64,000 nt of DNA from Mobula hypostoma. Lineage: Eukaryota. The DNA lies in the NCBI RefSeq assembly GCF_963921235.1, contig NW_026948219.1, forward strand, positions 1,488,001 to 1,552,000, written 5' to 3'. The notes under the pieces were generated by a model. That model was not told the DNA's origin, searched no databases, and worked only from the letters and a program-made list of their open reading frames with translations. The position numbers and the translations under genes are program-made. The stretch's first letter is position 1, and every line of letters begins with the position of its first letter. Shown piece after piece: positions 24,280-36,845 of the stretch.

Positions 24280-25532
24280 TTCTTGGTTGCCATGGTGAGA
24301 GAGAGGCGGAGTTATGTGATGGACGGTTCGATGTTCACAGTTGCTTCTTGGTTGCCATGGTGAGAGAGAGGCGGAGTTATGTGATGGACAGTTCAATGTT
24401 CACAGTTGCTTCTTGGTTGCCATGGTGAGAGAGAGGCGGAGTTATAGAAACATAGAAACATAGAAAATAGGTGCAGGAGTAGGCCATTCGGCCCTTCGAG
24501 CCTGCACCGCCATTTATTATGATCATGGCTGATCATCCAACTCAGAACCCAGCCTTCCCTCCATACCCCCTGACCCCTGTAGCCACAAGGGCCATATCTA
24601 ACTTCCTTTTAAACATAGCTAATGAACTGGCCTCAACAGTTTGCTGTGGCAGAGAATTCCACAGATTCACCACTCTCTGTGTGAAGAAGTTTTTCCTAAC
24701 CTCGGTCCTAAAAGGCTTCCCCTCTATCCTCAAACTGTGACCCCTCGTTCTAGACCTCCCCAACATCGGGAACAATCTTCCTGCATCTAGCCTGTCCAAT
24801 CCCTTTAGGATCTTATACGTTTCAATCAGATCCCCCCTCAATCTTCTAAATTCCAACAATCTCTTTTAGCCATGTCTCTGTGATCCCAACTATATCATAA
24901 TCATTAATAACAATCTGCACTTTCAATTCATCCACCTTATTACGAATGCTCCTTGCATTGACACATAAAGCCTTCAGGCACTCTTTTACAACTCTCTTAG
25001 CCCTTTTTAATGCTTGCCCTGGATTTGTCGGCCTGCCACTTTTACTTTTCCCCTTTGTACTTTTTGCTTCTACGCTCACTTTACACCCCTCTGTCTCTCT
25101 GCACTGGTTCCCATCCCTCTGTTGTGAACTAACCTCCTCACACCTAGCCGCTTTAATTTGATTCCCACCCCCCAACCATTCTAGTTTAAAGTCACCTCAG
25201 TAGCCCCCGCTAATCTCCCTGCCAGGATATTGGTCCCCCGAGGTTATGTGATGGACAGTTCAATGTTCACAGTTGCTTCTTGGTTGCCATGGTGAGAGAG
25301 AGGCGGAGTTATGTGATGGACAGTTCGATGTTCACAGTTGCTTGGTTGCCATGGTGAGAGAGAGGCGGAGTTATGTGATGGACAGTTCGATGTTCACAGT
25401 TGCTTCTCGGTTCCCATGGTGAGAGAGAGGCGGAGTTATGTGATGGACAGTTCGATGTTCACAGTTGCTTGGTTGCCATGGTGAGAGAGAGGCGGAGTTA
25501 TGTGATGGACAGTTCGATGTTCACAGTTGCTT
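24280..25532. repeat. 65-bp tandem repeat (~7 copies) TTCTTGGTTGCCATGGTGAGAGAGAGGCGGAGTTATGTGATGGACAGTTCGATGTTCACAGTTGC
   Basis: Directly visible; split by the CR1 at 24446-25242. Confidence 0.95.
24446..25242 (-). mobile_element. Internally deleted CR1 (ORF2 start joined to the 3' end)
   Basis: 3' tail (ctatgttt)n and 'LRGDLIETYKIL' up to ~24857, directly joined to 'CVNARSIRNKVDEL...IVGITETWL'; GTTAT flanks both ends. Confidence 0.85.
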
Positions 25533-26288
25533 CGTAGCGTGTTTATTTAAACAAGGTCAGATGACTCTCCCAGAGACACACAGTGGGACACCGGTTAAGG
25601 CGACCAGTCAGTGAAAGGAGGCCAGTGACAGAGGAGTCACTGGGTGGAACTTTCGAGTGCCCACAAGCGAGGGTTGAGGATCGATCAGGGGAATTGATCA
25701 GTGGCTGTCATGGTGTGTGGAAGGGCTGACCCTGTGGAGGCTACCGGTGTGTCTACCCTTGCCTGGGTGGTAGTTTACCCTCGAAGATGGTCCCCTTAGT
25801 GATAACCTGCGTTTGGCTAACTCGAGAGTGGATTCGGAGCCTGAGGATGGAAGATCAACGGGACCTGTTTACTCGTTCTTCTCCCAGTGTGGTTTTCACC
25901 TTGGATTACAAATACCTTCCTCACACACACCAATTCCGTGGATTGAACTGAACTTCCTTACATCACTATCGTGAGACTTTAACTCTTGCCACTCGAGCTT
26001 GAGTGTGTTTGGGAATTATATTTACATACATATATATGCATAACACTACTAACTTTTGATTTACCTGGATTAAGTTACTATATTAACTAGATACTAATAT
26101 ATAGTGTTTTTTAATATCAAAACCAGACTCCAGGTGTGCTCTATTGCTGCTGGTTCATTTAGACCGTTACGTGTACGTAAACAGATTCATTCAGTGTGTC
26201 CTTATGACACACCACCAGGTTCACACCGGGGAGGGGGTGTTCACCTGCTGTGAATGTGGGAAGCGATTCACTCAATAATCTAACCTTA

Positions 26289-26736
26289 TGTAACTCTCCC
26301 TCGGCTAGCAGCTTAATATAGGGGGTGATAGCTCCCCAGCTCGGCCAGACTTAAGAAATCTCGTTTGGGTGGATGCTGCGCAATGTGTCCCCTGTTACAA
26401 AATCAGTACCCCGAAATAACAAACAGTACACAATATGTGATTAAACAATTGAGCTTCATAATTCTTACTTTGACTATTGGGTTAGTGAAGAAAACAAGAA
26501 AAAGGGTCCACTCTCTCCATCCGCGTCTTCTCATCTCTCCCCAGCAAAAGACCACGAAAATCTCTCTTCCAGACTCACAAGGAAGAACATTTCTGTCATT
26601 GGATACCCCGCACTCCAAAACCCTGTTATCTCTATTCGTAACCTAAACATTGCTGCTACAGAGAAACCATTACCTCAGCAGTGATACATTGCAGAGAGGC
26701 CATTACATGAACAGTGAAACCTTACAGCATGTTACA
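26289..26736 (-). mobile_element. Solo LTR (~450 bp) in a degenerate finger of the ZNF1 3' region
   Basis: TGTAAC...GTTACA inverted termini; TSD ctta/cttg; finger sequence resumes afterwards. Strand inferred from similarity to the LTR at 41636-42247. Confidence 0.75.
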
Positions 26737-26906
26737 CTTGTGACACACTGCTGGCTTCACACCGGGGAGAAAGTTTCAATAAGCTTCATGCTAGATATTT
26801 GTCTGTCGCCATTGCTGAATGCAATTTCGAGAGTGACTGTCTCCACTCTGAGGGTGGTGAATGTCTGTAAATCCCCACCACAGAGGGTGGTGAAGACTTA
26901 GTGATT

Positions 26907-29150
26907 AAACATAGAAAACATAGTAATAGGTGCAGGAGTAGGCCATTCGGCCCTTCGAGCCTGCACTGCCATTTATTATGATCATGGCTGATCATCCAAC
27001 TCAGAACCCCGCCCCAGCCTTCCCTGCATACCCCCTGACCCCTGTAGCCACAAGGGCCATATCTAACTCCCTCTTAAACATTGCCAATGAACTGGCCTCA
27101 ACAGTTTCCTGTGGCAGAGAATTCCACAGATTCACCACTCTCTGTGTGAAGAAGTTTTTCCTAATCTCGGTCCTAAAAGGCTTCCCCTCTATCCTCAAAC
27201 TGTGACCCCTCGTTCTGGACCTCCCCAACATCGGGAACAATCTTCCGGCATCTAGTCTGTCCAATCCCTTTAGGATCTTATACGTTTCAATCAGATCCCC
27301 CCTCAATCTTCTCAATTCCAACGAGTACAAGCCCAGTTCATCCAGTCTTTCTTCATATGAAAGTCCTGCCATCCCAGGAATCAATCTGGTGAACCTTCTT
27401 TGTACTCCCTCTATGGCAAAGATGTCTTTCCTCAGATTAGGGGACCAAAACTGCACACAATACTCCAGGTGTGGTCTCACCAAGGCCTTGTACAACTGCA
27501 GTAGTACCTCCCTGCTCCTGTACTCGAATCCTCTCGCTATAAATGCCAGCATGCCATTCGCCTTTTTCACCGCCTGCTGTACCTGCATGCCCACTTTCAA
27601 TGACTGGTGTATAATGACACCCAGGTCTCGTTGCACCTTCCCTTTTCCTAATCGGCCACCATTCAGATAATAATCTGTTTTCCTATTTTTGCCACCAAAG
27701 TGGATAACTTCACATTTATCCACATTAAATTGCATCTGCCATGAGTTTGCCCACTCACCCAACCTATCCAAGTCACCCTGCATCCTCTTAGCATCCTCCT
27801 CACTGCTAACACTGCCACCCAGCTTCGTGTCATCCGCAAACTTGGAGATGCTGCATTTAATTCCCTCATCCAAGTCATTAATATATATTGTAAACAACTG
27901 GGGTCCCAGCACTGAGCCTTGCGGTACCCCACTAGTCACCGCCTGCCATTCTGAAAAGGTCCCGTTTATTCCCACTCTTTGCTTCCTGTCTGCTAACCAA
28001 TTCTCCACCCACACCAATACCTTACCCCCAATACCGTGTGCTTTAAGTTTGCACACTAATCTCCTGTGTGGGACCTTGTCAAAAGCCTTTTGAAAATCCA
28101 AATATACCACATCCACTGGTTCTCCCCTATCCACTCTACTAGTTACATCCTGAAAAAATTCTATGAGATTCGTCAGACATGATTTTCCTTTCACAAATCC
28201 ATGCTGACTTTGTCCGATCATTTCACCGCTTTCCAAATGTGCTGTTATCACATCCTTGATAACTGACTCCAGCAGTTTCCCCACCACCGACGTTAGGCTA
28301 ACCGGTCTATAATTCCCCGGTTTCTCTCTCCCTCCTTTTTTAAAAAGTGGGGTTACATTAGCCACCCTCCAATCCTCAGGAACTAGTCCAGAATCTAACG
28401 AGTTTTGAAAAATTATCACTAATGCATCCACTATTTCTTGGGCTACTTCCTTAAGCACTCTAGGATACAGACCATCTGGCCCTGGGGATTTATCTGCCTT
28501 CAATCCCTTCAATTTACCTAACACCACTTCCCTACTAACATGTATTTCACTCAGTTCCTCCATCTCACTGGACCCTCTGTCCCTTACTATTTCTGGAAGA
28601 TTATTTATGTCCTCCTTAGTGAAGACAGAACCAAAGTAATTATTCAATTGGTCTGCCATGTCCTTGCTCCCCATAATCAATTCACCTGTTTCTGTCTGCA
28701 GGGGACCTACATTTGTCTTTACCAGTCTTTTCCTTTTTACATATCTATAAAAGCCTTTACAGTCCGTTTTTATGTTCCCCGCCAGTTTTCTCTCATAATC
28801 TTTTTTCCCCTTCCTAATTAAGCCCTTTGTCCTCCTCTGCTGAACTCTGAATTTCTCCCTGTCCTCAGGTGAGCCACTTTCTCTGGCTAATTTGTATGCT
28901 ACTTCTTTGGAATTGATACTATCCCTAATTTCTCTTGTCAGCCAAGGGTGCACTACCTTCCTTGATTTATTCTTTTGCCAAACTGGGATGAACAATTGTT
29001 GTAGTTCATCCATGCAACCTTTAAATGCTTGCCATTGCATATCCACCGTCAATCCTTTAAGTGTCATTTGCCAGTCTATCTTAGCTAATTCACGTCTCAT
29101 ATCTTCAAAGTTACTCCTCTTTAAGTTCAGAACCTTTGTTTCTGAATTAA
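26907..29150 (-). mobile_element. Young 5'-truncated CR1 LINE with an uninterrupted RT ORF (27001-29100, 699 aa)
   Basis: 'KSPGPDG', 'NYRPVSLT', 'YLDFQKAFDKVPH', 'GVPQGSVLGP', 'FADD'; CR1 3' tail at ~26907-26930. Confidence 0.96.
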
Positions 29151-29399
29151 TATGTACAGGTAAGAGAAATTAAAAATAGTATAAATACTGGAGTCATGAT
29201 GATCATGATGAAATCTGCTGGACAGAGACATATATACACATGCTGCCCTCCATAATTCAAAGAGATTGACGGATAAGGTTGCAGGGTGACAGAATGTGGC
29301 AGGAGCACTTGGAACTAAAAACTAATCCCTACCGGGAGGAAACAGCACCTGTTCTTTCCGCACTGTTCTCCAGCAGTTTAAGGACTAAGTCCAGCCGGA

Positions 29400-30260
29400 A
29401 GATAACTCACAAGTGCTCTTGAAAGTCAAGTATTAACCCTACTTGCCAACAACCAAGCATTGCCATCCTTGTCCCCTTCATGATAGCTTATGAAGAAGCA
29501 TATGACTTCCCTCCCAGAGATGATAGGTGTTTGTGCACTCGACTCTTGAATGCTTGCACCCCATCATCGCAGATGTTTCCAACCACAGCATCTGGAAGGC
29601 TCTTCCAAATTCTGATAGCACAGTGAAGGAAGCTTCTATCCAGTGTGTGGGTTCTCGCATCAGGCATAGAAACAGCCTGTGCAGGCATAGACAAACTTGA
29701 TCGTCTGGTGCGCCGTCTCTCATAAGATGAAGGCAGCATAGCGTGAGGGTCTGCAGGGCTGTGGCTGGCGGGCATTTTGTATATTCTGCATTGTGCATTT
29801 TCATCTACACCTATAATCCTGGGAGCCTTTCTCTGAATGGAATCAAGCTGGCTGAGGCCACTCTGTGAGGCATTCATCCATGATAAGCATACTCCATGAT
29901 ATTTCATAACAGGGCTTTGAAAACCGTGGCTCTGCCCTCTTTGTCTAATTTGGATGCTATTTTCCACAGAGCTCCAAGCCTTTGTCCAGCCATGTATGAA
30001 ATAGTGGAAAGGAGTTTATCCCATACCAACGTGCTGTCAATATTGACACCAAGGATTTTACAGTTCCCAAAATACAGGTCGGGGTTAGTTGGACTTCTCT
30101 TCCTGGACATCATCATCGCCTTGCACTTAGTAGGCTCAAAAGTGACATTCCAGTCGTCTGCCCAGGCTTTCATCCTGTCAAGATCCCTATTCAGGCCTGC
30201 TGTCACTGTATTACTCTCTCCTGCTCTAATTGAAGAGGCTTCTCTTGAATTCTCTGCAGA
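29400..30260 (-). mobile_element. Degraded non-LTR retrotransposon RT C-terminal fragment (duplicate at ~37420-38260)
   Basis: 'LNRDLDRMKAWADDWNVTFEPTKC...KILGVNIDSTLVW...AGQRLGAL...LDSIQRKA...AIRIWKSLP'. Confidence 0.8.
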
Positions 30261-30774
30261 TGGAGCAGGGTCAGAAACCAGAGGTGGGTCTGCACAGGGC
30301 AGAGTTTGGGGCTCTGGATGATGGTCGGGGTAAGAATGTATGATGAGGAGAAGGGAATCAGCAGCGGGGCGTGGCAATGAATGACAAAGTAGCAACATTT
30401 GGAAGCTGACTGGCAGAGAAAGTCTTTCGGTTTTCTGACTGATGATACAAACAATACCCATGGTGATGTGCTCCACTGATTGAGGAACATCTGTTGGTTG
30501 GGAATGGTTTTATCTATTGAGGGAGTTGATCCTGCTTGTATTGATTATCACATAATTGTTAATATTTTGACTGTAAAACTGGATCAGGCTTGAATTTATG
30601 GTGCCTTTATGATGTGATAGAGGGCATTCATGGTTTGTATTTTAAAGCAAGATTTTGGTGAATGATATATGCCATTTGATTGTCCCTTTGTAAGTAATCA
30701 GTTTGAGTTAAACTGCTACAGGATTGTGTCTGGTTTCTCTTGGCATTTTCTGCACTTACTGCTTAATGAAATAT

Positions 30775-31470
30775 AAGCATCTTAATGAAGAATTCCACCA
30801 TATTATGGTCACTCTTACCCAAGGGGCCTCTCACGACAAGATTAATAATTAACCCTTCCTCATTGCTCAAAACCCAGTCCAGAATAGCCTGCTCTCTGGT
30901 TGGTTCCCCGTCATGTTGGTTCAGAAAACCATCCCGCATACATTCCAAGAAATCCTCTTCCTCAGCACCTTTACCAATTTGGTTCACCCAATCTACATGT
31001 AGATTGAAGTCACCCATTATAACTGCTGTTCCTTTATTGCACACATTTCTAATTTCCTGTTTAATACCATCCCCGACCTCACTACTACTGTTAGGTGGCC
31101 TGTACACAACTCCCACCAGCGTTTTCTGCCCCTTAGTGTTATGCAGCTCTACCCATATCGATTCCACATCTTCCCGGCTTATGCACTTCCTTTCTATTGC
31201 GTTATTCTCCTCTTTAACCAGCAACGCCACCCCACCTCCTTTTCTTTCATGTCTATCCCTCCCGAATATTGAATAACCCTGAATGTTGAGCTCCCATCCT
31301 TGGTCACCCTGGAGTCATGTCTCTGTGATCCCAACTATATCATAATCATTAATAACAATCTGCACTTTCAATTCATCCACCTTATTACGAATGCTCCTTG
31401 CATTGACACACAAAGCCTTCAGGCGCTCTTTTACAACTCTCTTAGCCCTTATACAATTATGTTGAAAAGT
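30775..31470 (-). mobile_element. CR1 AP-endonuclease fragment (duplicate at ~38780-39470)
   Basis: 'ESIWVEL...GVVYRPPN...IMGDFN...LDWVLSN...KSDHNMV'. Confidence 0.88.
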
Positions 31471-32192
31471 GACAATCTCTTGAAATCAGTATTTATAACT
31501 GCCACAAATTCCTAGAATCATTGACAGCGAAAATTACAGAACAATCAGTCTTATAAGTCACATAATAAAGATTTTGTTGAGAATTGTTCTGAGTCGAATT
31601 AAAAACAAATTAAGACAGAAAATTCTAAACTGCAATATGGGTTTATTGAGGATAGAGGAAATAGGAACACAATTTTCATACTATGAATGCTTTCCGAAAG
31701 GGCAGTTGAATATGAAAATGATGTCTTTTTATGTTTTATCGATTTCACTAAAGCATTCGACAAAATGAAACATGATAAAATATTTCAAATTCTCGCTAAA
31801 CTAAACACTGACTGAAGGGACCAACAACTGCTTCAAAATTTATATTGGAATCAAACAGCGGAGGTAAAAATTGATGATAATATAAGCAGTTGGACTAAAA
31901 TTAAAGGAGCAGTTAGACAGGGATGCGTTGCCTCACCAGAAATATTTGATATCTATAATGAAGTGATTCTCAGAGAAATAGAAGACATAGATGGGATAAA
32001 AATTGGTGGTGTATCAGCAATATAAGATATGCAGACGATACTACCCTAACAGCAAGTGCTGCAGAAGACCTACAAATCCTCCTAGACAAATTAATACAAA
32101 CAAGTGCAGATCTTGGTCTAACCATCAACTGTAAAAAAACAAATGTATGGTAATATCAAAACAACAGGATACCCCCGACTGCCAATTATACA
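31471..32192 (+). mobile_element. RTE-clade LINE RT fragment, truncated at the duplication breakpoint
   Basis: 'CFIDFTKAFDK', 'AVRQGCVASP', 'NIRYADD'; near-identical to 39471-40200. Confidence 0.8.
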
Positions 32193-33050
32193 TGTCCAAT
32201 GTCATGTCCAACCAATCTAATAGAGTCTCTCGAGGAAGTTATTAGGAAAGTGGATGAAGGCAAGGCAGTGGATGTTGTCTACATGGACTTTAGCAAGGCA
32301 CTTGACAAAGTCTCATATGGGAGGTTGGTCAAGAAGGTTCAGTCACTCAGCATTCAAGATGAGATAGTAAATTGGATGAGACACTGTCTTTGGGAGAAGC
32401 TAGAGTGTGGTAGCAGATGGTTGCCTCTCTGACTGGAGGCCTGTGACTAGTGGTTTGCCGCGGGGATCGGTGCTGGATCTGTTGTTGTTTGTCATCTAGA
32501 TCAGTAATCTGGATGACAGTTAGACATTGGTGAGGCCTAATTTGGAGTATTGTGTGCAGTTTTATCACCTACCTACAGGAAAGATGTAAAAGAGATTGGA
32601 AGAGTTCAGAGAAATTTCACAAGGATGTTGCCAGGTCTGGAGGACTTGGGTTATAAGGAGAGATTGAACAGGTCAGGGCTATATTCCTTGGAAGATCGAG
32701 GCGAGATTTGATGGAGGTGTGCCAAAATTATGAGGGTTATAGATGGGGTAAATGCAAGCTGGCTTTTTCCACTGGGATGGGGTGGGACTACAACCAGAGG
32801 CCATGGATTAAGGGTGAACGGTGAAACATGAAGGGGAACATGAGGGGAAAATATTTCACACAGATGGTCATCCAGGTGTGGAATGAGCAGACAGCCGAAC
32901 TGGTGCATGCGAGCTCAATTTCAACATTGAAGAGGTTTGTATAGGTACCTGGATGGTAGGGGTACGGGGGTAGACAGTTAAAATAGTTCAACACAAACTA
33001 GATGGGCCAAAGGGCCTGTTTCTGTGTTGTACTTTTCTATGACTCTGTGA
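32193..33050 (+). mobile_element. Degraded CR1 fragments
   Basis: 'VDVVYMDFSKALDKV' and a CR1 3' end paralogous to 22031-22520. Confidence 0.82.
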
Positions 33051-33433
33051 CAAGAACATGAAATAATACTGATATTCATTTAATTCCTTTTAACAGCTGT
33101 GCAGACCAACCATTCATCTGGGCAGAAGATGTTTTCATGGCTTTAAAACTGTGGTACTTTAAATTGACAGTAGATAAAAGAAAATCCCAGCTATACGTCA
33201 ACAAAAGGGGGAACCCATTCATCTGCCCAGACAGTGGGAATGGATTCAGTCGGTCATCTCAACTGAAGGTACATCAGCAAGTTCACACTGGGACGAGGCC
33301 ATTCCCCTGTTCTGTGTGTGAGAAGGGATTCAGTCGGTCTTCCCACCTGTGGACACACCAGTCAGTTCACATCGAGCAGAGACTGGTCATCTGCTGAATT
33401 TGTGGGGAAGGATTCACTCGGTTATCTGACCTA

Positions 33434-34222
33434 ATGGCTCACCAGCGAGTTCACATCGGGGAGCGGCCGTTCACTTGCTCAGACTGTGGGAAAGGATTCA
33501 CTGTGTCATCTCAGTTACTGAGACACCAGTCAGTTCACACTGGAGAGTGGCCATTCACTTGCTCAGTGTGTGGGAAGGGATTCACTCAGTCATGTAACCT
33601 GAAGATACACCAGCGAGTTCACACTGGAGAGAGGCCATTCACCTGCTCAGACTGTGGGAAGGAATTCACTTGCTCATTTAATCTGAAGGTACATCAGCGA
33701 GTTCACACTGGGGAGAGGCCATTCACCTGCTCAGACTGTGGGAAGGAATTCACTGAGTCATATCAACTGAAGGTACATCAGCGAGTTCACTCTGGGGAGA
33801 GGCCGTTCACCTGCTCAGACTGTGGGACGGGATTCACTCAGTCATATCAACTGAAGGTACATCAGCGAATTCACACTGGGATGAGGCTATTCACCTGCTC
33901 AGTCTGTGGGGAGGGTTTCACAAAGTCATCTGCTGTACTGAGACACCAGTCAGTTCACACTGGGGAGAGGCCATTCACCTGCTCCGTTTGTGGGAAGGGA
34001 TTCGTAGAGTCATTTGAACTGAAGGTACATCAGCGAGTTCACACTGGGGAGAGGCCGTTCACCTGCTCAGACTGTGGGAAGGGATTCATTCAGTCATCTC
34101 ATCTGAAGGCACATCAGCGAGTTCACACCGGGGCGAGACCGTTCACCTGCTCAGTCTGTGGGAAGGGCTTCACTTGCTCACCTCATCTACTGAGACACCA
34201 GTCAGTTCACATCAGGGAGTGA
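33434..34222 (+). CDS. C2H2 zinc-finger protein, 9 fingers, no KRAB (ZNF gene 2; tandem paralog of gene 1)
   Basis: 262-aa ORF; acceptor ttttaacag| at ~33096; upstream in-frame ORF 33137-33397. No own promoter or leader exons are seen in the duplicated unit. Confidence 0.85.
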   Translation: MAHQRVHIGERPFTCSDCGKGFTVSSQLLRHQSVHTGEWPFTCSVCGKGFTQSCNLKIHQRVHTGERPFTCSDCGKEFTCSFNLKVHQRVHTGERPFTCSDCGKEFTESYQLKVHQRVHSGERPFTCSDCGTGFTQSYQLKVHQRIHTGMRLFTCSVCGEGFTKSSAVLRHQSVHTGERPFTCSVCGKGFVESFELKVHQRVHTGERPFTCSDCGKGFIQSSHLKAHQRVHTGARPFTCSVCGKGFTCSPHLLRHQSVHIRE

Positions 34223-34408
34223 CCATTCACTGGCTCAGTCTGTGGGAAGGGATTCAATTGGTCATTTCACCTACTGACACACAAGGAAATGGCCGTTCAC
34301 CTGCTCTGTCCGTGGGAAGGGATTCATCCAATCATCTCAACTGAAGGAACATCAGCGTGTTCACACTGGGGAGAGGCAGATCACCTACTGTGAATGTGGT
34401 GAAGGATT

Positions 34409-35690
34409 TGTGGTGGACATGGACTGTGCCTTTAAATAAGAGAGAGAGAAAAACTGTCTGCAGTACTGCTGCCTGCTTCTTGGTTGCCATAGTGAGAGAG
34501 AGGCGGAGTTATGTGATGGACAGTTCATGTTCACAGTTGCTTCTTGGTTGCCATAGTGAGAGAGAGGCGGAGTTATGTGATGGACAGTTTGATGTTCACA
34601 GTTGCTTCTTGGTTGCCATGGTGAGAGAGAGGCGGAGTTATGTGATGGACAGTTCGATGTTCACAGTTGCTTCTTGGTTGCCATGGTGAGAGAGGCGGAG
34701 TTATGTGATGGACAGTTCAATGTTTACAGATGCTTCCTGGTTGCCATGGTGAGAGAGGGGCGGAGTTATGTGATTGACAGTTCGATGTTCACAGTTGCTT
34801 CTTGGTTGCCATGGTGAGGGAGAGGCGGAGTTATGTGATGGACAGTTCAATGTTTACAGATGCTTCCTGGTTGCCATGGTGAGAGAGGGGCGGAGTTATG
34901 TGATTGACAGTTCGATGTTCACAGTTGCTTCTTGGTTGCCATGGTGAGGGAGAGGCGGAGTTATGTGATGGACAGTTCGATGTTCACAGTTGCTTCTTGG
35001 TTGCCATGGTGAGAGAGAGGTGGAGTTATGTGATGGACAGTTCGATGTTCACAGTTGCTTCGCAGCGTGTTTATTTAAGCAAGGTCAGATGACTCTCCCA
35101 GAGACACACAGTGGGACACAGGTTACGACGACCAGTCAGTGAAAGGAGGCCAGTGACAGAGGAGTCACTGGGTGGAACTTTCGAGTGCCCACAAGCGAGG
35201 GTTGAGGATCGATCAGGGGAATCGATCAGTGGCTGTCATGGTGTGTAGAAGGGCTGACCCTGTGGAGGCTACCGGTGTGTCTACCCTTGCCTGGGTGGCA
35301 GCTTACCCTCGAAGATGGTCCCCTTAGTGATCAGCTGTGTTTGGCTAACTCGAGAGTGGATTTGGAGCCTGATGACCTGTTTACTCGTTCTTCTCCTGGT
35401 GTGGTTTTCACCGTGGATCACAAATACCCTCTCTCACACACCAATTCCGTGGATTGAACTGAACTTCCTTACATTACCATAGTAAGACTTTAACTCTTGC
35501 CACCCAAGCTTTAACAAGTTTGGGAAGTATATTTATACACATATATATGCGTAACACTGCTAACTTTTGATTTACCTGGTTTAAGTTACTATATTAAATA
35601 GTTACTAATAAATAGTGGTTTTTAACATCAAAAGCAGACTCCAGGTGTGCTCTATTGCTGCTGGTTCATTTAGACCATTGTGTGTACTTA
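34409..35690 (+). mobile_element. Solo LTR with 65-bp array (~9 copies, 34477-35060); paralog of 24216-26183
   Basis: gatt|TG start; AATAAA at 35607-35612; 3' end hit by a CR1; gatt resumes at 36039. Confidence 0.78.
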
Positions 35691-36038
35691 ATAGTAACAT
35701 AGAAAATAGGTGCTGGAGTAGGCCATTCAGCCCTTCGAGCCTGCACCGCCATTCAGTATGATCATGGCTGATCATCCAACACAGAACCCTGCACCAGCCT
35801 TCCCTCCATACCCCCGATCCCTTTAGCCACAAGGGCCATATCCAACTCCCTCTTAAACATAGCCAATGAACCAGCCTCAACTGTTTCCTGTGGCAGAGAA
35901 TTCCACAGATTCACCACTCTCTGTGTGAAGAAGTTTTTCCTAATCTCGGTCCTAAAAGGCTTCCCCTCTATCCTCAAACTGTGACCCCTCGTTCTGGACT
36001 TCCCCAACATCGGAAACAATCTTCCTGCAATCTTCCTA
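35691..36038 (-). mobile_element. Short CR1 3' fragment
   Basis: '[19 protein letters not shown]...VVNLWNSLP' plus tail. Confidence 0.9.
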
Positions 36039-36146
36039 GATTCATTCAGTTGTCTATCCTTATGACACACTACCAGGTTCACACCGGAGAGAGGCTGTTC
36101 ACCTGCTGTGAATGTGGGAAGCAATTCACTCAGTCATCTAACCTTA

Positions 36147-36598
36147 TGTAACTCTCCCTTCGGCTAGCAGCTTAATACAGGGGGTGACAGCGCCCCAGCC
36201 CGGTCAAACTTAAGAAATCTCGTTTGGGTGGATGCTGTGCAATGTGTCCCCTTTTACAAATCAGTACCCTGAAATAACAAACAGTACATAATGTGATAAA
36301 ACAATTGAGCTTCATAATTCTTACTTTGAGTATAGGGTTAGTGAAGTAAACAAATAAAAGAGAAAGGGCCCACTCTCTCCCTTCGCGTCTTCTCATCTCT
36401 CCCCAGCAAAAGACCACGAAAATCTCTCTTCCAGACTCACAAGAAAGAACATTTCTGTCATTGGATACCCTTCCCTCCAAAACATTGTTATCTCTAGTCA
36501 TAACCTAAACATTGCTGCTACAGAGAAACCATTACCTCAGCAGTGATACATTGCAGAGAGGCCATTCCATGAGCAGTGAAACCTGACATCATGTTACA
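36147..36598 (-). mobile_element. Solo LTR, same insertion site as 26289-26736
   Basis: TGTAAC...GTTACA; ctta/cttg TSD. Confidence 0.75.
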
Positions 36599-36839
36599 CT
36601 TGTGACACACTGCCGGGTTCACACTGGGGAGAAAGTTTCAATCAGCTGCATGCTGGATATTTGTCCATCACCGTTGCTGAATGTTATTTCGAGAGTGACT
36701 GTCTGTGCTGAACTCTGCAATTATTGCTGCTGCTCACCACACCCAGTTCTGCGCCCTGGTCACTGGGCATGGGAGGAGTTTCTTCTGCTGCACATTCACC
36801 TTTAATGGGACTGGAATTTAATAGTCTGTATCTGAGACA

Positions 36840-36845
36840 AATAAA
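36840..36845 (+). terminator. Putative polyadenylation signal of ZNF gene 2
   Basis: AATAAA conserved at the homologous position downstream of ZNF gene 3 (~61282). Confidence 0.55.

Larger units (their letters stand above)
24216..26183 (+). mobile_element. Solo LTR with an internal 65-bp tandem array, inserted in a degenerate finger (TSD GATT) and itself interrupted by a CR1
   Basis: Finger sequence resumes at 26184 (gattcattcag); ends in CA. The paralog at 34409 shows the gatt|TG start. Confidence 0.75.
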
